From positions 1,991-65,990 of the forward strand of contig CAZUKQ010000003.1 of the NCBI GenBank assembly GCA_964621025.1: DNA of 64,000 bases. The letters run 5' to 3'. The notes under the pieces were generated by a model that saw only the letters and a list, made by a program, of their open reading frames with translations, searched no databases and had not been told where the DNA came from. This document shows positions 44,171 to 53,784 of this stretch, piece by piece (within the stretch, counting starts at the first letter, position 1; the number at the start of each line of letters is the position of its first letter). Position numbers and translations under genes: made by a program. The DNA is from Candidatus Woesearchaeota archaeon. Its GTDB lineage: Archaea; Nanobdellota; Nanobdellia; Pacearchaeales; GW2011-AR1.

Positions 44171-44884
44171 TTATTTATCTTTCTCCTTCATTTCTTTCTC
44201 TTCTTCTTTTGCTACCTTCTTAATTTTTGCTTGATACTTATCCATTCTCATTTTTCTTAAGTAAACTCTAAGTGTCTTCTGAACCATATTGAATAATGTT
44301 AAAACAATAATTGTTCCCACAACTAAAATTGTCTGGCCCCACCAAGTTCCAAAAGTAATTGAAATAAAATCAATAATCGAGGTTGAAATCCACATAGAAA
44401 TATTTTGAAAAACTCTAACTGTCAAGAAAATAATAATTAAACAATAATAGATAATCATAGAAATATTCTTTTCAAAAATCTCAGCATCAGCAAAATACTC
44501 ATAGCCTATGTAGGTGTATCTTAGAAAAGTAAACCAAACTAAAAAAGTTAAAAGGAATAACCAAGATAAAGATGGAACAATACCTACAAACCATTCAACA
44601 ACCGGATCTGTATAAGGAGAAATTTTATTGTAACCTCTAATTATCTCTCCGATTATAGGTTTAGTCTCGAGGATTTTTCCCCATTCTTTTTTCAAATAAT
44701 CTCCAGCAATTTTATCCTTATCTGGACTAGTAATAATGTCTTGCGCATTGTCTACCTTATTTTGTACCACTTCCACCTGATCTGCTAAAGTATTTACATC
44801 GCTTGCTGCATGAACCTTGGAAACAATTACAAATAGGAAAAGAAAAACAAAACAAAATGCAAACCACTTTTTCATAGAAAACAA
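44171..44884 (-). CDS. Polytopic membrane protein with a signal peptide and K/E coiled-coil tail, 237 aa
   Basis: It has a signal (FAFCFVFLFLFVIVSKVHA|A), ~4 TMs and the C-terminal tail RKMRMDKYQAKIKKVAKEEEKEMKEKDK. Confidence 0.6.
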   Translation of the reverse strand: MFSMKKWFAFCFVFLFLFVIVSKVHAASDVNTLADQVEVVQNKVDNAQDIITSPDKDKIAGDYLKKEWGKILETKPIIGEIIRGYNKISPYTDPVVEWFVGIVPSLSWLFLLTFLVWFTFLRYTYIGYEYFADAEIFEKNISMIIYYCLIIIFLTVRVFQNISMWISTSIIDFISITFGTWWGQTILVVGTIIVLTLFNMVQKTLRVYLRKMRMDKYQAKIKKVAKEEEKEMKEKDK

Positions 44885-44914
44885 AGCTAACTTAACTTTA
44901 TAAGATTTTGTGAA

Positions 44915-45445
44915 TTATTTACCTTCTCTCAATTTTGCAAGAGTTCTACTTAATTCTGCTCTCCAGCCTTCCATTTCTCTTTTTTCTTTTTTCGCATCTC
45001 TCTTCCACTGAAGAAGTAACATTTTCCACATAATCAACAAAGCAATTATCAAAAAGCTGACTAGCAAAATAAATAATGCTTTTCCGAAGGTAAGAGAACT
45101 AAACCAAGCTACAATGTTTGAACTATCCTTAAAGAAATAAAATGTGTTAAACAAAAATCCTTTTGAATTCATCAGATAAACTATAATAAAAGAACTAACT
45201 AACTTCATCCAAGTTTTTTCAAAAATTCCGATGAGTGAAAGAATTCCATAGATAACTGCAGCAAAGAGAACAAAGACACAAACTAAAATGATCGCATCTT
45301 CGATAACAATTGGCTCACCCTGACCAAAAAGATAAAATGTTCCTAGAGAACTATCATTTTCTAAAGCTAAACAAAAAGGAACTAACGCTAAAAGCAAGAA
45401 TCCAAAAAATAAAAATTGCTTTTTCACCATCAACAAAAGAAACAA
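44915..45445 (-). CDS. Polytopic membrane protein with a basic coiled-coil tail, 176 aa
   Basis: It has ~4 TMs and the tail WKRDAKKEKREMEGWRAELSRTLAKLREGK. Confidence 0.55.
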   Translation of the reverse strand: MFLLLMVKKQFLFFGFLLLALVPFCLALENDSSLGTFYLFGQGEPIVIEDAIILVCVFVLFAAVIYGILSLIGIFEKTWMKLVSSFIIVYLMNSKGFLFNTFYFFKDSSNIVAWFSSLTFGKALFILLVSFLIIALLIMWKMLLLQWKRDAKKEKREMEGWRAELSRTLAKLREGK

Positions 45446-45475
45446 AAAGAGTTTAAATGTTTTTGTAAATGAAGA

Positions 45476-46291
45476 TTAAGAATGTGCAGCCTTCAAAGCA
45501 ATATACTTCTTAAGTTCCTTTTCTATCTTCTTCCTATTCTCTTCCTGCTTAGCAGTTAGACTTCCCTTACCAATATAGTTCTTCAATTTATTCTCAAGTT
45601 CAACAATCTTATCATCAATTTCTTCCACAGCATAAACCAACATGTCTTCGTTAAGTAATAGTTTAACCACCCATCTCTCAACTTTCCAAATCCAAACCAA
45701 AGCAAGACCAATTAAAATTAAGTAAGCCCATGCGTAAGCACTATCTGCACTTCCGGCTATGCCCATATTTCCTGTGCCTACACTAATCAATCTTACAATC
45801 AAAAAGATTATGAAAGCGAACCACATAAATTTGGAAAGAAGTCTTCCAGCTAATCCGCCATCTTTACTAATTTTTATAGAGAAAAATGCAAGAATAACAA
45901 AAGGTAAAGCACCACCAAGAACAATTCCTAGAGCACCATACGAAATCAAAGCAGTATAAACTTCAGCAGGAGTCAAATAAGCCATTGCCAAATATGAAAC
46001 AATAAGAGCAACAAAAGGATTAACTTTTCTACCTGAATCGGTACTGAAAAAAGGAGCATAATCTAAAATTGCCCAAATAAGAATTGCTAGTAAAATGAAA
46101 TAAGCCCATCTTGCAGTCTCTACTTCTAAATTTCCAGACATCCAACCAGTTGAGAAAACACTGGACCAAACACTGCTTAATGTATCGGTAACTTGATTTG
46201 CACTAACGACATGCAAACTCCAAATGAAAGATAAAGCGAAAACTAGACCTAGTGATAAAACTAAAAACCTCTTATTAACGTCAAGACCCAT
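45476..46291 (-). CDS. Polytopic membrane protein, 271 aa (paralog of 46342-47157)
   Basis: It has a signal-like N-terminus, ~6 TMs and a C-terminal coiled coil. It aligns with the divergently transcribed 271-aa neighbour (ALISYGALGIVLGGALPFVILAFF versus SVLLPYGTLGIALTTILPFMIFFW; IEKELKKY versus IEKELKHY). Confidence 0.6.
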   Translation of the reverse strand: MGLDVNKRFLVLSLGLVFALSFIWSLHVVSANQVTDTLSSVWSSVFSTGWMSGNLEVETARWAYFILLAILIWAILDYAPFFSTDSGRKVNPFVALIVSYLAMAYLTPAEVYTALISYGALGIVLGGALPFVILAFFSIKISKDGGLAGRLLSKFMWFAFIIFLIVRLISVGTGNMGIAGSADSAYAWAYLILIGLALVWIWKVERWVVKLLLNEDMLVYAVEEIDDKIVELENKLKNYIGKGSLTAKQEENRKKIEKELKKYIALKAAHS

Positions 46292-46341
46292 TACCTATCA
46301 ACAAACAAAGAGTTTATAAATATTTTGACATTGAAGAATAC

Positions 46342-47157
46342 ATGAAAAAAACAGGAATGATTTTTGTCTTCGCGATTTTCTCAATTTTATTTCTAAACTT
46401 TGCTAGTGCTTACTTTCCTGGAAGTCTTTATTTAGGAAGAGGCGGAGATTTAATTGATAATATTGTAATTGCAGGAGCACCAGTTTTAGAAGCTCTATTC
46501 GGCGGCTACACAGAATCTGCAGGAGAATTTTCATCCGGAGAAATATTATTCATAAAATTCCTTTTGTTCCTAATTATGTTTGTGGTTATTCAGTCTGTTC
46601 TAAAAAGAGTTCCTGCTTTCAAAGATAATCTTGCAGTAATCGGAATTCTTGCAGTAGCTATTCCTCTAATTGCAATAAGATTTATGTCGGCAAACAATAT
46701 GATTTATAGTGTTCTTCTTCCCTACGGAACTCTTGGTATTGCCTTAACAACAATTCTTCCTTTCATGATTTTCTTCTGGTTCATACACCAAACAGGGTTA
46801 CATGGGACTGGTAGAAGAGTATCTTGGATTTTCTTCACAATAGTTTTCCTAGTTTTATGGGCTAACCGAACTGACGAAATTGGCGATATCGGAAATCAGA
46901 TTTATGCTTGGACTTCGCTCGCGATGATTTTAGTTTTAATATTTGACAAACAACTTCACACTTATCTTGAATTAAGTCAATTAAAAGGATTCTTTAGTAA
47001 AGCAGATAATATTGCAATTGCAAGTTTGAAAGCAGAATATAACAATCTGAAATCATCTGTAGGGGCAGCAAGTGATAAAGATATCCAAAAAAGATTAAGA
47101 GAGATTGAAAAAGAGTTAAAACATTATAAGATCCATACAGAAGTAAGAATCAGTTAA
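46342..47157 (+). CDS. Polytopic membrane protein, 271 aa (paralog of 45476-46291)
   Basis: See the paralog entry. The length is identical and the gene is divergently oriented across a 50-nt spacer. Confidence 0.6.
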   Translation: MKKTGMIFVFAIFSILFLNFASAYFPGSLYLGRGGDLIDNIVIAGAPVLEALFGGYTESAGEFSSGEILFIKFLLFLIMFVVIQSVLKRVPAFKDNLAVIGILAVAIPLIAIRFMSANNMIYSVLLPYGTLGIALTTILPFMIFFWFIHQTGLHGTGRRVSWIFFTIVFLVLWANRTDEIGDIGNQIYAWTSLAMILVLIFDKQLHTYLELSQLKGFFSKADNIAIASLKAEYNNLKSSVGAASDKDIQKRLREIEKELKHYKIHTEVRIS

Positions 47158-47427
47158 TCAAGCCTTCTGATAACCTACAATCTTTCTATTCTTACCTGTT
47201 CCTTCGTAAATTGGAACTTCGGGCTGTGCATGTTTAACTTTAGAAGAACCACTAGATTTGTTAGTCATTAATATAACTACCCCTGCTAAAACTAAAACTC
47301 CGCCAAAAACCAAAAGAGCTTTTTCAGGTAGAGAAGAAATTAGTGGAATTGTAGACGCCATTTTTGGAGAGGATACTGCTAGAGCGGCTAAACCTGCTAC
47401 TGCTAAAATATAACCTATTATTTTCAT
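47158..47427 (-). CDS. Small 2-TM membrane protein, 89 aa
   Basis: Two hydrophobic helices followed by the soluble tail KHAQPEVPIYEGTGKNRKIVGYQKA. Confidence 0.5.
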   Translation of the reverse strand: MKIIGYILAVAGLAALAVSSPKMASTIPLISSLPEKALLVFGGVLVLAGVVILMTNKSSGSSKVKHAQPEVPIYEGTGKNRKIVGYQKA

Positions 47428-47481
47428 TTTGTACCTCTAATAAAAAAGAGAACACTTGGAACTATTTAAATTTAATCATAT

Positions 47482-48054
47482 CTAGTCTTCAGCCAGAACT
47501 TCAACCTTTCCATCTTTTGAAAGAATATCAACAATCTCCTTATCTAAATTTGCAATCTCTCCTTTCTTGAAAGGACCTATGCTTTCACCATCTAAACCTA
47601 AAAATTCTTCAACATCAACTAAAAATCTTGCAAGCAAGAAATTATTTGTGTCTTCCCGAGTCCCAACCATCGAAGCATTAAGGTTCTTATCTGCCTTCTC
47701 TAACGACTTAACAATTTCCTCGAATAAATCTTTTTCAAAACCCAATAAATTTTCAAAATCTCTCTTACTAATTCCTGTTTCAGACGCAACAAAAGCCAAA
47801 TTCAGAATTTTCTTCTTTCTTCGGGTCAATAGCTCTTTGAATATTGCCATAGAATTTTCCAACTTTTTTTTAGTCTTCATTACAACGTCTGAAAACATGT
47901 CATCACTCTTATCGGAAAATTTCTTCTTCTCTCCAAAATATTCAAAAACTTCGTTGATAAACTTCTTTGGTAAAGCTTGTAGCTCCTCGCTATATCTCTC
48001 TTTTCTCAAGTATTCGTACAAGTCGTTATATGTAACCATGTTCTTCCTAAACAT
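47482..48054 (-). CDS. GINS complex subunit (Gins51/Sld5-like), putative
   Basis: The N-terminus YNDLYEYLRKERYSEELQALPKKF, the central LLTRRKKKILNLAF (R..KI..lA) and the C-terminal B-domain-like GPFKKGEIANLDKEIVDILSKDGKVEVL fit archaeal GINS. An alternative start lies at 48039 (MVTYNDL). Confidence 0.55.
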   Translation of the reverse strand: MFRKNMVTYNDLYEYLRKERYSEELQALPKKFINEVFEYFGEKKKFSDKSDDMFSDVVMKTKKKLENSMAIFKELLTRRKKKILNLAFVASETGISKRDFENLLGFEKDLFEEIVKSLEKADKNLNASMVGTREDTNNFLLARFLVDVEEFLGLDGESIGPFKKGEIANLDKEIVDILSKDGKVEVLAED

Positions 48055-48060
48055 CCTTAG

Positions 48061-48080
48061 CTTAAAAGCATTTTTATACT
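48061..48080. promoter_or_regulatory. Shared A/T-rich divergent promoter block (GINS <-> FtsY)
   Basis: CTTAAAAGCATTTTTATACT reads as a TATA-like element on both strands. It lies ~24 nt from the FtsY ATG at 48100 and ~24 nt from the alternative GINS ATG at 48039. Confidence 0.4.
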
Positions 48081-48099
48081 GAAAATGCGTACAAATTTT

Positions 48100-49314
48100 A
48101 TGTTTGGCTCACTAAAAGAAAAACTGAAAAACTGGACAGAGAAAGTAAAAAAAGAAATTGGAGTTGAAGAAACACCCATAAAAGTTACAAAACTAAGCGA
48201 AAAAAAACCAAAGAAAGTCGAGAAAAAAGAAATTACTTCTGTAAAAAAGACAACCAAAGCGAAAAAAGTTGAAAAAGAGACTAAACAACCTGAAGAAGCA
48301 CAAAAAACTCCGGAAGAGTTTGACAAATCATCAATCGAAGAAAACGGCTTCTTTAAGAAAATGTTTTCAAAGAAAGATAAAACATCTGAACTAGTTATTG
48401 AAGATATAAAGAAAGAAGGAACTGCAATAGAAAGTCCAGAAGAAAGATATGAAGAACAAAAATCTTTCATAGACAAATTCAGAAAAACACTTACCGAAGA
48501 AAAGTTCGAAGAACTTTTTGAAGAACTGGCAATGAATCTTCTGCAAAACAATGTCGCTTATTCTGTTGTAGAAAAAATAAAGAAAGAATTGAAAGAAAAA
48601 TTAGTGGGTGCAAAAGAAAAATCTGTCGACTTAGAAAAGTCATTAACGGAAACTATAGAATCTCTTTTAATTGAACCTCCAAACTTCGTTAAAGAAATAA
48701 AAGCCCATGTTAAAACTAAAGAACCTTATATAATCCTCTTCACAGGTATCAACGGTTCTGGAAAAACCACGACAATTGCAAGAATTGCTCATCTATTGAA
48801 GAAAGAAAAATTATCTGTTTGCCTTGCTGCTGCAGACACTTTCCGTTCTGCTGCAATTGAGCAACTTGAACAACATGCAAATAAATTAAAAGTTCCAATT
48901 ATAAAAAAGGCATATAACACTGACCCTGCTTCAGTTGGCTTTGAAGCAGTTGCCTATGCAAAAAAACACAAAATAGATGTTGTACTTGTTGACACTGCTG
49001 GAAGAATGAACTCTTCTGATTCTTTGATGAAAGAAATAGAAAAAATATCTAGAGTTTGTAAACCTAATTTGAAAATATTCGTCGGAGAAAGCATCACAGG
49101 AAATGATGCTACAAACCAGGCAGAAGCTTTCGACAAGGCAATTGGATTAAATGGAATAATCCTAACAAAAGCAGACATTGATGAAAAAGCAGGAGCAATC
49201 CTTTCTGTCTCTTCAGTCACAGGAAAACCAATTTACTTTTTAGGAGTTGGACAAAAATACGAAGACCTTGAAGTATTTAACAAGAAAAAAATTCTGAAAA
49301 GAATATTTAGTTAA
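48100..49314 (+). CDS. ftsY: Signal recognition particle receptor FtsY
   Basis: The NG domain shows FTGINGSGKTTTIARIA, AADTFRSAAIEQL, VDTAGR and LTKADID. The N-terminus is K/E-rich. I prefer the start MFGSLKEKL (48100) to the track's ATG at 48085 because of TATA spacing. Confidence 0.9.
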   Translation: MFGSLKEKLKNWTEKVKKEIGVEETPIKVTKLSEKKPKKVEKKEITSVKKTTKAKKVEKETKQPEEAQKTPEEFDKSSIEENGFFKKMFSKKDKTSELVIEDIKKEGTAIESPEERYEEQKSFIDKFRKTLTEEKFEELFEELAMNLLQNNVAYSVVEKIKKELKEKLVGAKEKSVDLEKSLTETIESLLIEPPNFVKEIKAHVKTKEPYIILFTGINGSGKTTTIARIAHLLKKEKLSVCLAAADTFRSAAIEQLEQHANKLKVPIIKKAYNTDPASVGFEAVAYAKKHKIDVVLVDTAGRMNSSDSLMKEIEKISRVCKPNLKIFVGESITGNDATNQAEAFDKAIGLNGIILTKADIDEKAGAILSVSSVTGKPIYFLGVGQKYEDLEVFNKKKILKRIFS

Positions 49315-49360
49315 TTATTAAATCCCAAAACCTTAAAACCCTGTCAAACTTACTCTAAAT

Positions 49361-50734
49361 ATGCTAGAAAAGATAGGAAGCAGCCTTCAGAACGGAATAA
49401 AAAAAATCTCTAACGCGATTTTTGTTGATAAGAAACTTATAGATGAAATCATAAAAGACATCCAGAGAAGTTTAATTGAAGCGGACGTAAATGTCGAATT
49501 AGTTTTCCAACTAAGCCAGAAAATAAGAGCACTTGCAATTGACGAAACAATTAAAGGAATAGAAAAGAAAGAACAACTTGTAAAATTAATTCACGACCAA
49601 CTTGAAATTTTAGTTGGCAGCGGAAAAGAACTAAAACTTGGAAAGAAAACAAGAATTTTATTCTTAGGTTTGTATGGTTGTGGTAAAACAACTTCCATTG
49701 TAAAAGTTGCATTCTACTATTCCAAAAGAGGAAAGAAAGTTGCAGCTCTTGGATTAGATACACAGAGACCAGCAGCAATGGACCAGCTAGAACAGATGTG
49801 TGAAAAGGCAAAAGTAAAATGTTTCATAGACAAAGAAGAAAAAGACCCTAAAAAAATCTACAAGAAATTCGAAGACGAACTTGATGACTACGATATTCTT
49901 TTTGTGGACACAGCAGGAAGAGACGTTTTGAAAGATGATTTGATTAAAGAAATAAAAACAATTGAAAAATTCATCAAACCAGACTATAGAATTTTAGTTA
50001 TACCTGGCGACATCGGACAATCTGCAAAACATCAAGCTTCAGAATTCCAGAAAGCACTAAACATCGACGGAGTTATAATCACAAGAATGGACGGAACTTC
50101 CAAAGCAGGTGGTGCTCTGACTGCATGTGCTGAAACTTCTGCGCCAGTTTTCTTTATTGGTACCGGTGAAAAAATACAAGAGCTAGAAACCTTTGACTCC
50201 GAATCTTTCATCTCTAGAATTTTAGGAATGGGCGACCTGAAAGGTTTGCTAGAAAAAGTTCATTCTGCAACTGATGAAAAACAACAGAAGAGAATTCAAG
50301 ACAGATTGGAAGAAGGAAAGTTCACCTTGGAAGATGTTTACACTCAACTAGAATCTATGAATCAACTCGGAAGCATGGACAAGATTATGGGGATGATTCC
50401 TGGTTTCAGTGGAGCAGCAAGCAAGATTCCTAAGGAAGCAATGAAGAAACAAGAAGAAAAAATGAAACACTACAAACACGCGATTCAATCTATGACAAAA
50501 GAAGAAATTGAAAATCCCGAAATTTTTGATAAGCAAACTTCTAGAATTGGAAGAGTTGCAAAAGGTTCTGGAACAACAACTTCTGAAATCAGAGAACTTT
50601 TGAAACAATATAAACTGCTTAAAGAAATGTTAGGTATGGGCGATAAATTACAAGGACTTCAGGAAGGTAAAATCGACAAGAAGATGATGCAGAAAATGGC
50701 CAAGATGATGAAAGGTAAAGGCAGAGGATTTTAA
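49361..50734 (+). CDS. srp54: Signal recognition particle protein SRP54
   Basis: LGLYGCGKTTSIVKVA, DTQRPAAMDQL, VDTAGR, ITRMDG and a Met-rich M domain (MNQLGSMDKIMGMIPG...MMQKMAKMMKG). Confidence 0.92.
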   Translation: MLEKIGSSLQNGIKKISNAIFVDKKLIDEIIKDIQRSLIEADVNVELVFQLSQKIRALAIDETIKGIEKKEQLVKLIHDQLEILVGSGKELKLGKKTRILFLGLYGCGKTTSIVKVAFYYSKRGKKVAALGLDTQRPAAMDQLEQMCEKAKVKCFIDKEEKDPKKIYKKFEDELDDYDILFVDTAGRDVLKDDLIKEIKTIEKFIKPDYRILVIPGDIGQSAKHQASEFQKALNIDGVIITRMDGTSKAGGALTACAETSAPVFFIGTGEKIQELETFDSESFISRILGMGDLKGLLEKVHSATDEKQQKRIQDRLEEGKFTLEDVYTQLESMNQLGSMDKIMGMIPGFSGAASKIPKEAMKKQEEKMKHYKHAIQSMTKEEIENPEIFDKQTSRIGRVAKGSGTTTSEIRELLKQYKLLKEMLGMGDKLQGLQEGKIDKKMMQKMAKMMKGKGRGF

Positions 50735-50737
50735 ATA

Positions 50738-51124
50738 ATGAAAAAAACAGAATACTTCAACTTCTTCCGATTCTTTCTAGGAATCTTTTTTATTTTAGCT
50801 TCAACCTACAGGATTTTTTTCTTTGAGTTTGGAATAAATGAAATGAATAAAATAAATTTACCGATTTATTTTTTGTATGGGGTAATTATTCTTGAATTTA
50901 TTTTAGGTCTTTCTTTCCTTTTTAACAAGAAAGTAAAATGGGCTTCTCTCCTAGCTATCCTCTTTTTATTAATCGCGCTTTCTATTGCACTTATCGGAAA
51001 CTTTTGGTATATTATTTCCAATTTAGGAGAATTATTTGTTTTTGATGCAAACCCTACGGATGTCTTGCTTCATCTTACTTACCTATTTATTCTCGTCTTT
51101 TTATTTTTAGACGTCAAGAAATAG
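50738..51124 (+). CDS. Small 4-TM membrane protein (DoxX-like topology)
   Basis: 128 aa with four hydrophobic helices. The family assignment rests on topology only. Confidence 0.35.
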   Translation: MKKTEYFNFFRFFLGIFFILASTYRIFFFEFGINEMNKINLPIYFLYGVIILEFILGLSFLFNKKVKWASLLAILFLLIALSIALIGNFWYIISNLGELFVFDANPTDVLLHLTYLFILVFLFLDVKK

Positions 51125-51194
51125 ATCAAACATAATAAATATCTATAATTAATAAATTCCTCAAGGTAACATTGTAGAAAAAAGGGGATAGAAA

Positions 51195-51548
51195 TTATTG
51201 TTTCTCCATAGCAGCTTCATAACAAACTCTCTTTCCTTTTTTATCCGGCTTCAACAAAACATAAACTTTATGATCCTCATCATTTTTTAACAGACCTAAA
51301 CCCCCATACTTTACCAACTCATCAGCGTAATCTTCTAAGCTCATTCCAGTATGTGAAAAAGCATTAAACCCCAGTCTACAAGTAATTGCTCTACCTAGAT
51401 CTTGTGCATAGAAAGGAGTACCATAACCGATGTCTGCTCTAACTGCATCTTGAATCATAGTATGTGGATCTCTTGAAATTTTTCTTCCCATAGAATTAAC
51501 TAGATTCAAAAGTTTAAAAATAAGATTATACTCTAAAGTATATAACAA
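51195..51548 (-). CDS. Hypothetical protein (117 aa; alternative start MGRKIS at 51491)
   Basis: The ORF overlaps the upstream gene by 16 nt if the first ATG is used. No recognisable motif. Confidence 0.45.
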   Translation of the reverse strand: MLYTLEYNLIFKLLNLVNSMGRKISRDPHTMIQDAVRADIGYGTPFYAQDLGRAITCRLGFNAFSHTGMSLEDYADELVKYGGLGLLKNDEDHKVYVLLKPDKKGKRVCYEAAMEKQ

Positions 51549-51814
51549 CCATCTTCTCTAACAACAATTCCTGAAAATATTTCATTTCTTACTCTCTTCA
51601 TTCTAACGTCTGCCCTAAGGATTGCCATTTCATAAAACTTATACATCGGAGAGTCTGTAGTCTTCATCACGTTCTCCATACTATCCAAATTTCTAATTCC
51701 TTTGAAAAGACAATCTCTAAAAAAACGATTTATTCTTCTTGACTCGAAAAAACAATCCTCAGAATCATTAAGTCTCTCATAAACGTCTCCTCTTGGAACA
51801 TAAACTTCACTCAT
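51533..51814 (-). CDS. Hypothetical protein, 93 aa
   Basis: Clean ORF with no recognisable motif. Confidence 0.45.
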   Translation of the reverse strand: MSEVYVPRGDVYERLNDSEDCFFESRRINRFFRDCLFKGIRNLDSMENVMKTTDSPMYKFYEMAILRADVRMKRVRNEIFSGIVVREDGCYIL

Positions 51815-51864
51815 CCTTTTGTCAGAACTTTAAAGTTTATAAATAAGATTAGAGTCCACTAATC

Positions 51865-52599
51865 ATGAAGATTGTAATAAAAATTGGCAGTAATCTAATT
51901 GCAAATGAAAAAGGAATAAATAAAAAATTCCTAAAAAGAAAAGCGAAAGAAATTGCAGAACTAAATAAAAAAAATCAGGTCATTCTAGTTACCTCTGGCG
52001 CCATTGCCTGTGGAATGCAAATTGCAAGATTAAAAGAAAAACCTAAAGAAACTCTGGAATTACAATTACTTTCAGGGGAAGGTCAAACAAAACTTATAGA
52101 GATGTATAGAAAGCTTTTCTCAAAAACCAGAATTGCACAAGTTCTTGTAACAAGCCATAACTTTGAAACGGAAAATGAAAAAGAAAGTTTAACAAAAATC
52201 ATAAAAGAATATCAAAAAAGAAAAATAATCCCTATAATAAATGAAAATGATTTAGTAAGCAAAGAAGAAATATCATCAAACGGTCACTTTCCAGACAACG
52301 ATATCCTTGCAGCGATTATAGCCGAAAGAACCGATGCAGATACCTTAATTTTGCTAACGAGCGTCGATGGGATTTATGATAACACTGGAAAGATAATCTC
52401 TAAGATAAATAATCCTCAATTTGTAAAAAATCTAGGGAATATTAAGACAACCTCTGGAGGACGTGGCGGAATTCAATCAAAACTAAAAGCCGGACAAATA
52501 GCTTTGAAAAAAAATGTTCAAACAATAATTGCGAATGGAAAATACTCACTGAAAGATATTTTAACTAGCAAAGTAAATAGAACTGTAATAACAAGATGA
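51865..52599 (+). CDS. proB: Glutamate 5-kinase-like amino-acid kinase (no PUA domain)
   Basis: IKIGSNLI, VILVTSGAIACG, PIINENDLVS, PDNDILAAIIAE, ADTLILLTSVDGIYD and GGRGGIQSKLKAG match the ProB pattern. Confidence 0.65.
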   Translation: MKIVIKIGSNLIANEKGINKKFLKRKAKEIAELNKKNQVILVTSGAIACGMQIARLKEKPKETLELQLLSGEGQTKLIEMYRKLFSKTRIAQVLVTSHNFETENEKESLTKIIKEYQKRKIIPIINENDLVSKEEISSNGHFPDNDILAAIIAERTDADTLILLTSVDGIYDNTGKIISKINNPQFVKNLGNIKTTSGGRGGIQSKLKAGQIALKKNVQTIIANGKYSLKDILTSKVNRTVITR

Positions 52600-53219
52600 C
52601 CACGAAAATAATAGCGCAAGGCGCAGAAGCAAAAATACATTTAACAGAAAATAAAATTGTAAAAGAAAGAATTGTAAAAGGTTACAGACTTCCAGCTCTT
52701 GACGAACAAATAAGAAAATCTAGAACGAAAAAAGAATCTAAAATTTTAATCAAAGCAAGAGAAGCTGGAGTAAATGTTCCCAAAGTTTTAAACACTGACA
52801 AAAAAGGTGAGCCTAAAGATAAGTTCAATTTGGAAATAGAATTCATCGATGGCGATAAACTTTCTGAGAAACTTAATTCTTACAAAGAAGAAAAACAGTT
52901 TGAAGTTATGAAAAAACTAGGACACCAAGTTGCGAAATTACATGAAAAAGATATAATTCACGGAGACTTAACAACAAGCAATGTTCTTTTCTCCGAAGAA
53001 AAAATTTACATAATTGATTTTGGTTTAGGATTCATCTCAAAAAGACTAGAAGATAAGGCTGTAGATTTACATTTAATCAAACAAGCACTTGAAGCAAAAC
53101 ACTGGCAAAACTGGGAAGACTTATTCAACCATTTCTCTAAAGGTTACAAATGGGAAAATTCCGAAAAAGTTTTGGAACAACTGAAAAAAGTTGAAGCTCG
53201 AGGCAGATATAGGCATTAA
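52596..53219 (+). CDS. Bud32/PRPK atypical kinase (KEOPS subunit)
   Basis: IAQGAEAKI, IIHGDLTTSNVLF, IYIIDFGLG and DKAVDLHL are present; 207 aa. It overlaps the upstream gene by 4 nt. Confidence 0.85.
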   Translation: MTTKIIAQGAEAKIHLTENKIVKERIVKGYRLPALDEQIRKSRTKKESKILIKAREAGVNVPKVLNTDKKGEPKDKFNLEIEFIDGDKLSEKLNSYKEEKQFEVMKKLGHQVAKLHEKDIIHGDLTTSNVLFSEEKIYIIDFGLGFISKRLEDKAVDLHLIKQALEAKHWQNWEDLFNHFSKGYKWENSEKVLEQLKKVEARGRYRH

Positions 53220-53254
53220 GAAAAGATTTTAAACTAGTTCCCCAATGAAAAAGT

Positions 53255-53782
53255 ATGGTAACTGATTCCCCTGAGAGAATTGAAGAAAAGAGGTTGAGAA
53301 TAAGACTTTCTAAAGCAGAGATAAAGGCAGAAACCTCTGAAGACGATTTTAAAATGGAAGCTATTGCAGAATTAGCTGCCGTAAACAATCAACTAGCCGG
53401 ATTTTATGAAGGAATAAATAAATCTCAAGAGGCAAAAGATTACTATACAAACGCAATAGAAAATTGGAATGAAGCAATAAGATTAGCCGTAAAATATGGA
53501 AGTTCAAGCTCCGAACATATTTACCGAGAATTGGTTTCTGATTCAAATAAATCTTTGAAAAGAATAAAGGAAACTAATGACGGCTTAGTAGAAAGAGTAA
53601 ACGCAACCGGAACTCTTGCGGCCTCTGCTCTCGGTTTAGCTGGAGGATTAGCATTATTAGCTCCAACAGTAATGGGAAATTCTATAGGAAACTTATCAAC
53701 ACAAACAACTGCATTCCTCGGGGCAGGTTTGTTAATTGTAGGTTTAGTTGCTGGATTCTTTTGGTTTAAACAAAGAAAGTAA
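53255..53782 (+). CDS. Tail-anchored hypothetical protein (helical N-domain, two C-terminal TMs)
   Basis: It has no signal peptide. The C-terminal hydrophobic segments are LAASALGLAGGLALLAP and AFLGAGLLIVGLVAGFFWF, followed by KQRK. Confidence 0.5.
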   Translation: MVTDSPERIEEKRLRIRLSKAEIKAETSEDDFKMEAIAELAAVNNQLAGFYEGINKSQEAKDYYTNAIENWNEAIRLAVKYGSSSSEHIYRELVSDSNKSLKRIKETNDGLVERVNATGTLAASALGLAGGLALLAPTVMGNSIGNLSTQTTAFLGAGLLIVGLVAGFFWFKQRK

Positions 53783-53784
53783 AA

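Noticed and set aside
47567-48551. 171-aa plus-strand and 164-aa minus-strand ORFs overlapping the GINS-like gene and ftsY
   Set aside because: They are antisense shadows of K/E-rich genes with S/F/L-rich low-complexity translations. The sense-strand genes have clear family motifs.
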